Source: Deltaproteobacteria bacterium (GTDB taxonomy: Bacteria; Desulfobacterota; DSM-4660; Desulfatiglandales; B25-G16). Taken from it: a DNA stretch of 64,000 nucleotides. Positions 36,879 to 47,296 of the stretch are shown one piece after another. The first letter of the stretch is position 1; each line of letters starts with the position of its first letter. Location: NCBI GenBank assembly GCA_020349945.1, contig CP070704.1, positions 409,407 to 473,406 on the forward strand. Direction: 5' to 3'. The notes beneath the pieces are model-generated. The model ran no database searches, was not told where the DNA came from, and was given only the letters and a program-made list of their open reading frames with translations. Position numbers and translations under genes: made by a program.

Positions 36879-38411
36879 GTGGCTGATTACGATGCAATAG
36901 TCATAGGCAGCGGCGCAGGAGGGATGTCAGCGTCTCTTAAGCTTGCCCGGTGCGGCTTTTCGGTGTTGCTTCTGGAGGCGATGCCGGCCTTTGGTGGATA
37001 CCTGAATCCATTTCGCCGGAGGAATTATACCTTCAACCCGGGCCTGCACTACCTCGGAGAACTCGCGAGAGAGGATTCATTCTGGAGACTCCTTGACGAA
37101 TTGGGAATAGGCGAGGCGGTAAGGTTTGTCGAGCTCGACCCGGAGGGATTTGACCGGTACCTGTTCCCGGACTATGAACTGCGGGTTTGTAAAGGCAGGG
37201 AACACTTTATAGAGCGGCTCATCAGTGATTTCCCGAAAGAGGAGCGGGGGATAGAGAAATTTTTCGAGGCCTTCGACAAGATTATAGAGGCCGTGAAGGC
37301 CTCCCGGTCAATGGAGGGCGAGGTGCTCAAGATGCTCAGCTTTATGCTAAAGCACCCGATCATGTTGAGATACTCGCGCGTTCCCTACCAAAGGCTCCTT
37401 GATGAGGTAACATCGGACAGGCGTTTGCAGGCCGCCCTTGCCGCTCCTTGCGGTAGCTACGGGGTGCCTCCGGCGAGGGCCTCGGTGATCACAGCCATCA
37501 TGGTGTGGGCACATTACCTGAAAGGGGCATACTACCCTCACGGTGGAGGCGGCGCTTTAAGGGACGCCTTCGTCAAAGGGCTCAGGAAGCACGGTGCCGA
37601 GCTGAAAAACCGTTCGCGGGTTGTCTCTATAAACAAACAGGGTGGTGAGTTTGTCGTGGAGATAGAATCCGACCACAGATACACCGCACGGGCAGTCATA
37701 AGCGACGCCGATCCGGTGATCACCCTGGGAAGGCTGGTCAATCCCAAGCTGGTTGCACCCCGCATCAAAACAAAGGCTTCGCGGATGCGCCCGTCCGCGG
37801 GTGCCTTGTGCGCCTTCATCGGCACGGACCTTGATCTTCCCTCGATCGGGATAACCGATGCGAATATAATTCACTATAGCGACTATGATATCAACAAAGT
37901 GTACGAGCTGTTCCCTGTCTCGCGCCCTCCTGAGGACTTCCCTAGTTTCTTTATCACCAGCCCCTCGGTAAAGGATCCTGACGGCGGGCATGCACCTGAA
38001 GGTTACCACACCATCGAGATCATTACAGGGGCGAGCTACGAGCTTTTCAAGAAGTGGGCGAACCTTCCTTCCGGGAAGCGGGGAGATGAGTACAAGGCCC
38101 TCAAGGAAAAGATGGGGGAGCGGCTTATTGCTGCAGCTGAACGGTACATCCCCGGCCTCTCACAGCACCTCGACCTTGTCGAGTATGCTACTCCTCTTTC
38201 TAACGCATATTGGGTTAACGCGGTGAGGGGTGGGTGCTACGGACCGGAGCATAGTCCAGATCAGATAGGTCGCGGTCGATTCACATCTTTTACTGCTGGG
38301 ATTGATGGGCTGTTTCTTGCCGGTGCTGGAACCATAGGCTGCGGTGTGATGCCCTGTGTAGCGTCCGGTATCCTGGCTGGAGGTAAGGCCGCCAGTTACC
38401 TAGAGCCCTAA
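36879..38411 (+). CDS. FAD-dependent oxidoreductase, phytoene-desaturase (CrtI)-like
   Basis: YDAIVIGSGAGG dinucleotide motif. GTG start at 36879 behind a GGAAGGAGG RBS. Confidence 0.75.
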   Translation: MADYDAIVIGSGAGGMSASLKLARCGFSVLLLEAMPAFGGYLNPFRRRNYTFNPGLHYLGELAREDSFWRLLDELGIGEAVRFVELDPEGFDRYLFPDYELRVCKGREHFIERLISDFPKEERGIEKFFEAFDKIIEAVKASRSMEGEVLKMLSFMLKHPIMLRYSRVPYQRLLDEVTSDRRLQAALAAPCGSYGVPPARASVITAIMVWAHYLKGAYYPHGGGGALRDAFVKGLRKHGAELKNRSRVVSINKQGGEFVVEIESDHRYTARAVISDADPVITLGRLVNPKLVAPRIKTKASRMRPSAGALCAFIGTDLDLPSIGITDANIIHYSDYDINKVYELFPVSRPPEDFPSFFITSPSVKDPDGGHAPEGYHTIEIITGASYELFKKWANLPSGKRGDEYKALKEKMGERLIAAAERYIPGLSQHLDLVEYATPLSNAYWVNAVRGGCYGPEHSPDQIGRGRFTSFTAGIDGLFLAGAGTIGCGVMPCVASGILAGGKAASYLEP

Positions 38412-38444
38412 AATTCCCCTTTTGCTGTTTTAGGTGGGCATCCT

Positions 38445-39665
38445 CTATTCGATTCCAAGCTCCTCCAGCTTCTCGGGGGTCGGCACGCCGTTGGAATCCC
38501 ACCCCATCAGCGAGTAGTAGTATCTCTTTGCGTTCTCCATCTTCTCTGGGTCCAAGGCCGTATCACCCAGAGGCCCGTATCTTGTGGGCTTAAAGAAGCG
38601 CGGCGGAAGTCTATCTTCATCAGCGGTGAGCCCATGACGGACGTTGAAGAGCCGGCACATCGTCAGGGTTCGCTCCGCTACCCTGAGTTGCTCCATAGTG
38701 GTAGTATTCCATCCGGTTGCAGCGGATGTTACCTCGGCCAGTTGTTGGTAGGAGTAAGGCAAGAACATACACAGTACCAGCGAATCCACTATGATTCGCT
38801 TGAGCTGCACTATCCGAAAGAGGGCCACCTTCCTCGGGCCAATATCCTCAAAGGGAGCCGGGGCTATCCCTAAGGGAACGGCATCATGTACGATGACATT
38901 CGACTCCTTACCAAATGCGGCGAAGAAGATGTCAATGAGGTTGCAGCAGTGGTCGGCTCCATGGGGGTTAACCATATAGCCAAGGGCGAGGGATTTGCTC
39001 AGCCTTGGCTCGTGCATCGGGATCTCCAGTTTCTTAGCATGCATGGAGAAGGCCCTGGCACTGTTTCCGATTTTTTCTGCAGCACGTGCTGAGCCTTCAG
39101 CTAGCAGGTCACCAATGCCCTCCCGCCGACCGATAAGTTCTATGATCTGAAGCATTGCCTCGGCGTTACCGAATTTCAGCTCAATGCCGTCAGTATCCCT
39201 AGTTGTCAGTAGCCCGTTCTCAAAGCATTCCATGGCAAAGAAGATAGTGGAGCCTGTTGAAATGGTATCAATTGAATAGGCACTGCAGAGTTCGTTGCCC
39301 TTAGCGATAGCCTTGAGGTCATCAATGCCACAGTTAGATCCCAGGGCAGCCAGAGTCTCGTATTCCGGTCCACCATAGGCGCTATCCACGTAGTATGGTC
39401 CCTTGACCGTGATTGCCTTCTTGCACCGGACAGGGCAGGCAAAACAGCCGTGCATGCCAGTACCTATGGTCTCCTTTAAGGTCTGGGCACTTATCTTGTT
39501 CACCTGGGGGAAGCTGCCATCACGGAAGTTTCGGGTGGGCAGATTACCAATGAGCTCGAAGAGCGGCATTGGTGCACCAGTGCCGAATTCAGAGAAACTG
39601 GCGACCAGGTTCCAGTTGTCCTTGAGCCACGGTCTGAACGGTTTCACGGCATCGGGGTGAGCCAC
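38445..39665 (-). CDS. aldehyde:ferredoxin oxidoreductase, C-terminal domains only (N-terminal domain absent)
   Basis: CFACPVRCKK, GPEYETLAALGSNCG. The ORF begins where AOR domain 2 normally begins, with a TGA 16 codons upstream in frame. Confidence 0.7.
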   Translation of the reverse strand: MAHPDAVKPFRPWLKDNWNLVASFSEFGTGAPMPLFELIGNLPTRNFRDGSFPQVNKISAQTLKETIGTGMHGCFACPVRCKKAITVKGPYYVDSAYGGPEYETLAALGSNCGIDDLKAIAKGNELCSAYSIDTISTGSTIFFAMECFENGLLTTRDTDGIELKFGNAEAMLQIIELIGRREGIGDLLAEGSARAAEKIGNSARAFSMHAKKLEIPMHEPRLSKSLALGYMVNPHGADHCCNLIDIFFAAFGKESNVIVHDAVPLGIAPAPFEDIGPRKVALFRIVQLKRIIVDSLVLCMFLPYSYQQLAEVTSAATGWNTTTMEQLRVAERTLTMCRLFNVRHGLTADEDRLPPRFFKPTRYGPLGDTALDPEKMENAKRYYYSLMGWDSNGVPTPEKLEELGIE

Positions 39666-39824
39666 GTTGGGAGCTTTTTCGCCTAAATCCGAAGACGGGG
39701 ATAGTCAAATGCTTTCTTTGGTCTTTCATGAAATCACCTGGGAATCAGCTATCGGAAAGGCCGGTCAGGATAGCATCGCAAGATGGGGGAGGCCTAGCAT
39801 GATTGGCTTTAACCCCGGAGATGA

Positions 39825-40883
39825 TCAGTACAGGATCCGATGGGCAAGCTTCAGTTTTTCAGGAATGGCGACCCCGTAAGGACAATGCTCCATGCATTGT
39901 TCACAGCCCGAGCAGGCATCAGCATGCACCCCGAGCGATTGATACTGTTCTCTCGCCCATTCTTTTAAATTATATCGATCATGGTAGCTTTCAAACCGGA
40001 AGATGTCAGGGATTGGTATTCCCTCCGGACAAGGCAGACAATACCCGCAACTTCTACAAAAGCCCTTTCCTGCCTCCCCCACGCACTCCATGAGCGCCTT
40101 GATTTCCTCCATGGTCAGCTCCCTTGCTTGTCTCCCAACCTGGAGGTTTTCATCCAGTTCATACAGCCCTGTCATCCCGGGGATGGCGCAGGTGATATTT
40201 TGATTTGAAAGGACGTACCGAATGGAGACCTGGGCGAGAGATTCCCCTCGGATGAATCCTTTATGCCCGGGAAGCGAAGGGCTCTCAGCCAGTCTTCCCC
40301 CTGCAAGCGGCTTCATAGCGACTAAGCCTACCCCCATCCTGTGAGCCATGGGAAGAAGGTCTGCAGCCAGGCGGTCTTCATCAAAGGCGCTGTAAGCTAC
40401 CATCAGAACCGAAAATACCCCAGATTCAATGGCCTTCCTCATCATTGGGAGGGAGTTGTGGATGCTGATTCCAATTTCCAGGATCTTTCCTTGTTTTCTG
40501 GCCCTTTCCAAGGTCTCCAACCCACCCGTATGAAATATCGGGTCGTATTCAGAACCTCGAAGGTCGTGGAACAGGATCAGATCAATCCAGTCGGTCCTGA
40601 GGCGGCGAAGACAGCGTTCTAATTTCTTGCGAACCCCAATGCCATCGCGTTCGTCAATCTTTGTGCAGAGATAGAATTCTTTGCGCCTTCTTTCCAGTGC
40701 AAGGCCGATCTTCTCTTCGCTGTCGCCATAGCAGTCGGCTGTGTCCACAAAGTTGATGCCCCCATCAATGGCCGTGTTCAGAAGAATTTCGCATTCCTTC
40801 CGAGAGATCAAGGGGAGTTTGATGGATCCAAGGCCGATAACGGAGATTTCCCAGCCCGTTTTACCAAGGGTTCTCTTTTGCAT
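39825..40883 (-). CDS. aldo/keto reductase with C-terminal 4Fe-4S domain
   Basis: RTLGKTGWEISVIGLG, FVDTADCYG. C-terminal CRSCGYCLPCP and CSGCEQCMEHCP. Confidence 0.8.
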   Translation of the reverse strand: MQKRTLGKTGWEISVIGLGSIKLPLISRKECEILLNTAIDGGINFVDTADCYGDSEEKIGLALERRRKEFYLCTKIDERDGIGVRKKLERCLRRLRTDWIDLILFHDLRGSEYDPIFHTGGLETLERARKQGKILEIGISIHNSLPMMRKAIESGVFSVLMVAYSAFDEDRLAADLLPMAHRMGVGLVAMKPLAGGRLAESPSLPGHKGFIRGESLAQVSIRYVLSNQNITCAIPGMTGLYELDENLQVGRQARELTMEEIKALMECVGEAGKGFCRSCGYCLPCPEGIPIPDIFRFESYHDRYNLKEWAREQYQSLGVHADACSGCEQCMEHCPYGVAIPEKLKLAHRILY

Positions 40884-41051
40884 GTTGTTTTTTATCTTAG
40901 GTAAAATGAGGCAGAGGGTCAAGCCTGGCCTTGACCTCTTTTATCAGACCAAACAAGATGGCGATCCCGTTTTCGGGAAAGAGGGTACAGCTGATTAGAG
41001 ATCAGCTAGGAGTCGAGCTTGTTGCCTTGAAGGGTTTCAACAAAAGCGATA

Positions 41052-41273
41052 TCAGCTGCCACTGGCGGTCCGAGCAGCGGCAACGTGAGGATATACTACG
41101 TACCGCTTCTCTGAGCCTTTATTCTGAGCTGATTCATCAGCCCTTTGGGATTGTTGGCTGGAAGGTTTGTTGGGCTTTTTCTCAGCCAGTGCCCTGTCTC
41201 GGCTATCTACCCAAAATCTCCTCCGCATATTAAAGAATGCATCAGAATCTTCTATATCAATACCCTTACCCAT
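41052..41273 (-). CDS. hypothetical small protein
   Basis: AAGGAG RBS, but low-complexity sequence. Weak call. Confidence 0.3.
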   Translation of the reverse strand: MGKGIDIEDSDAFFNMRRRFWVDSRDRALAEKKPNKPSSQQSQRADESAQNKGSEKRYVVYPHVAAARTASGS

Positions 41274-41509
41274 GTTTATGCTCCTTGTATTTACCTATCT
41301 TGTTGCATTTCGAAGATATCTCAGTGTCAACCGTTCGGATCGGTAATTTCCCGCATAATTGTACATATTCAAAAGCAAACCTTGTGCCAATTGTGAGGAA
41401 GATAGGGCCGAGGCCTCAACAAGCTATTGTCCAAATGGATTTTTTGAATTATTATTGATAAACTTTCCGAATGAAAGGAGAAGGACAGGGTAGAGGTGGA
41501 TTGAACGAC

Positions 41510-42166
41510 ATGACCTTTTTTGAGCGCATAAGATATTTGAACATGACCAAGAGCAAGACAGATAAGCACTTGATCTGTCTCATACTTACCTCCATCTTTT
41601 GCGTGTCTTTATCCATCCCTGATTCATTTGCCACAACCGACAAGAAGCATGAGATTACCATTGTTATCCCAGCAGAGGTTTTGGCTTCATTCGTTAATGA
41701 TGTGCTACCAGTTGAGATAACGAATGATAGAAGATTCTCAGGGGCTATCCGGGTTAAATCAATTGATAAGTTAGAACTGGGAATCGATAAGGTGTCATTC
41801 TCTGTTAATGTCCATGGGGAGGATATTACATATACAGGTAAAATTGGTAACCTGCCAGCGAGCCTAAGCTTTGGGAGCGTTGATGCCTCTTTCAACTGTG
41901 AGGCCTCAATTAGATATGATAAGGAAAACAGCATACTCTATGTAAGGCCTCAAATTGTGGAAAAAAGAAATAGTGATGAACTTTTATGGCCACTGCTGGT
42001 AGCGCTCATAGGTAAGAAAGAATATCCAGTTGAGATTCAAAGGCTCAAACCACTAATAGCTAAATTTAGCAATAAATCAGTGATCATACGTATGCATATT
42101 TCAAATATCTATACCACAAAAAACAGGTTGTTTATCGAAATAAGGCCCGGTGTAGAGGACAGGTAG
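41510..42166 (+). CDS. secreted hypothetical protein
   Basis: Signal-like LICLILTSIFCVSLSIPDSFA. Start is ambiguous (41471, 41510 or 41543). Confidence 0.5.
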   Translation: MTFFERIRYLNMTKSKTDKHLICLILTSIFCVSLSIPDSFATTDKKHEITIVIPAEVLASFVNDVLPVEITNDRRFSGAIRVKSIDKLELGIDKVSFSVNVHGEDITYTGKIGNLPASLSFGSVDASFNCEASIRYDKENSILYVRPQIVEKRNSDELLWPLLVALIGKKEYPVEIQRLKPLIAKFSNKSVIIRMHISNIYTTKNRLFIEIRPGVEDR

Positions 42167-42581
42167 GTTTAAGAGCAATTCTTTTCTGGACCAACGTCCA
42201 GATGCTTTTGTACCAATTTGCGATAGGTTCTCGGTATTCCTGGAATGAGGTGCGGCCGCCTGTTGGGCCCATTGATGCACTCAAATTCATCATTACCAGG
42301 CATCCTCAGTCAGGCAGATGCAGCAAAGGTCCGTATCGAATATCAACTGGATGGTGGATTATCTCTTTTCCTTCAAGGCGGAGAAGGGGAAACTGAATGC
42401 TCACCTGAAAATATTTCAGGTAATGGTTTCATCTTTTAGGCTAAGCCCGCAATAGTTCAAGAAATACAACCAGCTTGTCCAGTTTTTGTGCCAGCAACAG
42501 ATTCAGAGAGAATAGAAATTTTCTAAAGGCTCAATTCCCTGGTTTCCTTCAATGCTTTGTAAGGGCATTCTGTTCTCTCAA

Positions 42582-43631
42582 TTATCCTGAGACATCCGCC
42601 CGTATCTCCTTCAAGTATTGTGCATTTTCTTCAGGGCAGGTGCTGTTTAGATATATACCAGAGCCCAGTTCAAATCCGGCCACTTCATAGAGCTTTGGAA
42701 GTATCTGGACATGCCAGTGATAATAGTCTGCCGGGTCTTCTTGATATGGGGCAGAATGTATCATGTAATTGTAATCCGGATCGTCAAGCCCATGATATAA
42801 TCTCGACAAGATATTAATGAGTACCCCGGCCAAATCCCTCTTTTCAAGAGTAGAGATTTTTGCAAATGAGGCCCTATGTTTTTTCGGAAGGATCCAGGTT
42901 TCAAAAGGGCTTCGTGAGAAAAATGGTGCAATAACAAGAAAGTGTTCACTTTCTGATATTACCCTTTTTCCAGATACCTTCTCTTGGTCCATCATATTGC
43001 AGTATATACACGTACCCATAGTATCGTAGTACCTCACTGCCTCCTCTACAACATGTCTGATATGGATTGGAACGATCGGACTTGCGATTATCTGGGAATG
43101 GGGATGTCTTATCGAGGTACCAGCCCGTGGACCGTTATTTCTAAATATGGTTATGAGCTCTATATTAGGTCTTCTTATGAGCGCGCGATATCGCTCAATA
43201 TATGAGGAGATTACACCCTCAACTGCCTCAAGTGGCATTGTTGCAATGGTCTGGAAATGTCCCGGATGTTCAATTACCACCTCGTGGAACCCCATGCCAG
43301 ACATCTTTATGAAAAAGTTTCCACTACCCTCTGTGATCCTCGCTTTTTCCTCGCCCTCAACCAAGGCAGGAAACTTGTTGCGTACCACCCTGAGAGACCA
43401 CGTGGATTTTGCGCCCTGCCCGGGAGAATCTTGTTGATAGTAGGTCAAAACAGCTTCTCCGCAAATATCTTCCTTTCCGGGGCAGAATGGGCATGCAGCC
43501 GTTTCTTCTCTTTCCTGTTTCCTTATTTTTTCCTGGGCCTTATGACGCACAAATTGATCAGGCCGTTTATTCCGCTCTGGGGCTATTATTACCCAGTCTT
43601 TGGTCATAGGATTTTGTCGTAATTCCGGCAT
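42582..43631 (-). CDS. galT: galactose-1-phosphate uridylyltransferase
   Basis: CPFCPG zinc site, SIRHPHSQ (HPH) active site, two HIT-like halves. Confidence 0.85.
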   Translation of the reverse strand: MPELRQNPMTKDWVIIAPERNKRPDQFVRHKAQEKIRKQEREETAACPFCPGKEDICGEAVLTYYQQDSPGQGAKSTWSLRVVRNKFPALVEGEEKARITEGSGNFFIKMSGMGFHEVVIEHPGHFQTIATMPLEAVEGVISSYIERYRALIRRPNIELITIFRNNGPRAGTSIRHPHSQIIASPIVPIHIRHVVEEAVRYYDTMGTCIYCNMMDQEKVSGKRVISESEHFLVIAPFFSRSPFETWILPKKHRASFAKISTLEKRDLAGVLINILSRLYHGLDDPDYNYMIHSAPYQEDPADYYHWHVQILPKLYEVAGFELGSGIYLNSTCPEENAQYLKEIRADVSG

Positions 43632-43783
43632 GCTACTAACCCTTTTCAGTTGTTATCGGCCTTCATCCTATTTACTTGCCAGGAATATTTCAATCCAAAA
43701 GATGAACACCTCAAGGATTTGGTCTTGACGGTACTGACAGACCGAGCGGAACCGTACTGGTACATCCTGCGATGGCTTTTACA

Positions 43784-43812
43784 TTGACACATAACCAGCT
43801 TTTCTCTATGCT
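43784..43812 (+). promoter_or_regulatory. candidate sigma70 promoter
   Basis: TTGACA-N17-TATGCT upstream of the IlvD/Edd-family gene. Confidence 0.6.
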
Positions 43813-43865
43813 CTTTGCCACAAAAAACGAGTTCTTATTCAAGCACCTCATCAGGAGAAATTGTC

Positions 43866-45539
43866 ATGCATTGGCGAAGTAGAGATATTTTAAAGCGACC
43901 TGAGTGGTCGAAGGTTCGTGCCCTTTACAAGTCCATGGGTTACACCGATTATGATCTGGACCGCCCGCTGATCGGGATTGCGAACTCGTGGAATCTGCTG
44001 GTCCCTGGTCATATTAACCTGAGACAGGTTTCCGAGCATGTAAAACAGGGTATCCGCCAAGCGGGAGCGACCCCAGTCGAATTCGGCGTCATCGCGGCCT
44101 GCGATGGCATTGCTAATGGACACGACGGAATGCACTGCATCCTTCCCACGCGTGAGTTAATTGCGAACGACGTGGAGATGATGATCCAAGCCCATCGCCT
44201 TGATGGGGTTGTGCTCCTAGGGTCCTGCGACAAGATCGTCCCAGGGATGCTCATGGCGGCTGCCCGGCTAGATGTTCCGGCAATCATGGTGGTTGGGGGG
44301 CCCATGCTTGGTGGGTGCGAGTTCGACGGGCGTGCATCTGATGTAACGTCGCTTTTCGAGGCCCTGGGCATGTTGAGGGCCGGCAAGATCGATGAGGCTG
44401 CATACAACAAGCTGGAAGAGTGTGTTGCACCTGGGTGTGGTTCGTGCTCCTTCCTTGGCACAGCCAACACCATGTGTTGCGTTGCGGAGGCCATCGGTCT
44501 ATGTCTGCCGGGTAGTGCCACCATTCCGGCCGCCTACGCTGAACGCTTGCGGGCGGCGCAGCAGTCTGGCCGCCAGATCGTCAGGCTGGTCGAGCAAGGG
44601 ATCACGGCCCTTCAGATCATCAACAGGAAGGCGATTGAAAATGCAATACGCGTCGTCATGGCCATTGGTGGCTCGACCAATACGGCCCTGCACCTACCGG
44701 CGATCGCTTATGAGGCTAACTGTGAGATCGGTATGGAGCTCTTTGAAGAGCTCTCCCGAACCACCCCACACCTTGCCAGGATGAATCCTGCAGCGGCTGC
44801 AAATGTCCCGGATTTTCACCATGCAGGTGGGGTGCCTGCGGTGATGAAGGAGATCTTGCCCCTCCTGCATGATGACGCCCTAACGGTTACTGGCAAGACC
44901 GTGGTGGAGAACATAGCCCGTGCCGAGGTACGGGATCACAATATCATCAAGACTATGATGAATCCGTGGGCCAGGAAGGGAGGGCTTGCAGTTCTGCGTG
45001 GAAATCTAGCACCGAATACGGGTATTGCCAAGCCGGCTGCTATTGCCTCAGAAATGCATACCTTTACCGGCAAGGCCCGTTGCTTCAACTGCGAGGAGGA
45101 GGCCGATCAGTCCATCTTGGACGGTCACGTGCGTGAGGGCGAGGTGATCGTGATCCGATACGAAGGCCCAAAAGGCGGCCCCGGCATGCGGGAGATGGCC
45201 AAGCCCATGAAGCTGCTCTATGGCAGGGGTCTGGCTCTCAGGACAGCACTCGTGACAGATGGACGCTTCTCTGGAACCAATAATGGTTGTTTTGTTGGGC
45301 ATGTATCGCCCGAGGCGGCCGAGGGCGGGCCCATCGCTATTGTTCAGGACGGTGACTTGATCACCATTGACATTCCAAATCGAAGTCTCCATGTGCACGT
45401 TTCCGATGAAGAAATCCAGGCTCGTCTCGCCGGGTGGCAAAGGCCTGAACCCAAATTCAAGAAGGGTTACCTGGCACTATACGCCCGCCTTGCGGAGTCT
45501 GCTGACAAAGGAGCCATTATCCGGCATAAATGTGAGTAG
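43866..45539 (+). CDS. IlvD/Edd-family dehydratase (dihydroxy-acid dehydratase-like)
   Basis: [18 protein letters not shown] and TDGRFSG motifs. Start at 43866 (AGGAGA RBS). Confidence 0.85.
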   Translation: MHWRSRDILKRPEWSKVRALYKSMGYTDYDLDRPLIGIANSWNLLVPGHINLRQVSEHVKQGIRQAGATPVEFGVIAACDGIANGHDGMHCILPTRELIANDVEMMIQAHRLDGVVLLGSCDKIVPGMLMAAARLDVPAIMVVGGPMLGGCEFDGRASDVTSLFEALGMLRAGKIDEAAYNKLEECVAPGCGSCSFLGTANTMCCVAEAIGLCLPGSATIPAAYAERLRAAQQSGRQIVRLVEQGITALQIINRKAIENAIRVVMAIGGSTNTALHLPAIAYEANCEIGMELFEELSRTTPHLARMNPAAAANVPDFHHAGGVPAVMKEILPLLHDDALTVTGKTVVENIARAEVRDHNIIKTMMNPWARKGGLAVLRGNLAPNTGIAKPAAIASEMHTFTGKARCFNCEEEADQSILDGHVREGEVIVIRYEGPKGGPGMREMAKPMKLLYGRGLALRTALVTDGRFSGTNNGCFVGHVSPEAAEGGPIAIVQDGDLITIDIPNRSLHVHVSDEEIQARLAGWQRPEPKFKKGYLALYARLAESADKGAIIRHKCE

Positions 45540-45694
45540 GGAGGGGAGTTAAGCTGCGGATTCAAACAAGGGATTGTGGGGGATAAGAAGCTCAAAAAGA
45601 TTACGGGAGAGATTATCAGGAAATTGAGGCCTGTTGATCTTTCCTGGAGGTTAATACTGTATAAGGGAGATAGTGGGGTTTCGAGGGTTTTTTC

Positions 45695-46216
45695 ATGAAG
45701 ATATTTGTTATTGTGGGAATGCCAGGAGCTGGCAAGAATATCGGCAGAGCGTACGCAGAGTCAAGGCAAATACCCTATTTTGCCACCGGAGATCTAGTCC
45801 GTGATGAAACTCAGAGGCGGGGGCTTGAACCGAATGGGGCCAATACCGCCATGGTATCTACAGAGCTGAGGGGTGATGATGGAATGGGGGTGACGAGAAT
45901 CGTGCTCGGTGCTGCGCTGAATACGGGAAAACCGGTGGTACTGATGGAGGGCATGCGATCCTGGCCTGAGATTCAGCTCATTCGCGAGAGGGCAACGTGC
46001 ATTGTGGTGGCCTTCATTGCTCCAAGGGCCCTCAGGCGTCAGAGAATCTCGTCGCGGGGGAGATCCGACGATGTGGCTGATGCCTTTAATAAGAGAGACA
46101 CCAGGGAAATTGCCTATGGGGCTTCCGTGCCAATTGCCCTAGCTGATGAATATGTCTTGAATACCGGAACCGTGGAAGAGGCGCTTCACGCACTGGACCA
46201 CATTGTCAAGGGTTGA
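45695..46216 (+). CDS. P-loop nucleotide kinase-like protein (UPF0200/dephospho-CoA-kinase-like)
   Basis: GMPGAGKN Walker A, 173 aa. Confidence 0.55.
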   Translation: MKIFVIVGMPGAGKNIGRAYAESRQIPYFATGDLVRDETQRRGLEPNGANTAMVSTELRGDDGMGVTRIVLGAALNTGKPVVLMEGMRSWPEIQLIRERATCIVVAFIAPRALRRQRISSRGRSDDVADAFNKRDTREIAYGASVPIALADEYVLNTGTVEEALHALDHIVKG

Positions 46217-46456
46217 AATCTGCTCCTGAATACTATCCGAGGCATAGAACAAAGGGGCCTATCATGGGTCAAAGGGACAATTGCAGGACCAACTTGCGCG
46301 AGTAAATGGGTGCACGTAAAACATTAGAGGACATTGAAACATGGAGACCAGGCCTCAGCGGGCTCTTGCCCAAGAGCGAATTTGAGGGGAGTTCGAAACC
46401 CATAGGAGTGAGCTCACGCAGGCATGACTCCATTCAGTGGCGAGGACGGGTAGATT

Positions 46457-46555
46457 TTATTTCTCCCCTTTCATCTTTTTCTTTTTCGGACGGCTCTTAC
46501 CAGTTGTACCTCTCCAGATTTTTCCTCGTCTGGTGCGTCTATCACCTTTCCCCAT
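46457..46555 (-). CDS. 30S ribosomal protein bTHX
   Basis: Below the ORF-track size cutoff. AGGAGG RBS, then [32 protein letters not shown]. Nearly identical to the Thermus THX N-terminus ([20 protein letters not shown]...). Confidence 0.8.
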   Translation of the reverse strand: MGKGDRRTRRGKIWRGTTGKSRPKKKKMKGEK

Positions 46556-47103
46556 ATCTAAGCCTCCTGTTAATCATGAACAACTCTTGGATAACAATAG
46601 ATTAAGAAATGCAGATGACAAAAATTTTTCATGGTACTTCCCTTTTTAAACGACCAAGGCACAAGATCGAACCAAGACGATACCTTGTCACGATCTTCCC
46701 CTTAGTCTAGAGTTACTCAGTCACTGATGCAAAATCAAGTAAAACTGAAAATTCGCGATCTCCTCTTGCCCCTGAGGATATAAGGTCCCCAAATTGGTCC
46801 CCGGGAAAACTTTAAAAGATACTTGAAGTAATCAGGATACAAATAGATTGAGTAAGGCTCATGGAGAGAGGATCACATCCTGATGGGCAGCCTCTATGAA
46901 TAATTTTTTGGAGCCAACCGCACGTCTATCTGGTCAGATGTCATGCACCGATTTTAGTGAGGTTGAACAATTTCCCGAAGGCCCTTGAGGTTTTGAGAGA
47001 TTCTAAGGCGCATTGAGGAGATGCCGCCCTATCTCTCCCTGCGGAAGGGCGCCCACCAGTCCGTCAGAATAGGCCTGTGGTATATCTTGAGATACCTACT
47101 ACA

Positions 47104-47132
47104 TTGACACACGAGCCTCTCCTCTCTATAAT
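47104..47132 (+). promoter_or_regulatory. perfect-consensus sigma70 promoter
   Basis: TTGACA-N17-TATAAT. It predicts a ~155-nt leader before the GTG at 47297. Confidence 0.65.
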
Positions 47133-47296
47133 TCACCTCACCGAAGGCATTGAGAGCCAGTGGAGAGCACTGTCCACGCAGTAACCAGATAGTTCTGGTT
47201 GACAGCGTAAGGGATCGGGACGGTCAGAAAGTGTCCTGATTCTGATACACCTTGGCAGGTACAAAACAGAAATGAGGAAAAAATAAAGAGGCTACG

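Noticed and set aside
42167-42581. Possible gene remnant on the minus strand (...IIHHPVDIRYGPLLHLPD*...RTSFQEYREPIANWYKSIWTLVQKRI).
   Set aside because: It is interrupted by a stop and has no start or RBS, and I cannot assign it to any family from memory. Left unannotated; BLASTx would settle it.
47133-47296. A glycine riboswitch, because CACCGAAGG and GGAGAG are present.
   Set aside because: The motifs are in the wrong order and spacing for a glycine aptamer, the rest of the consensus is absent, and the downstream gene is unrelated to glycine metabolism. The region is kept only as an unclassified structured leader.
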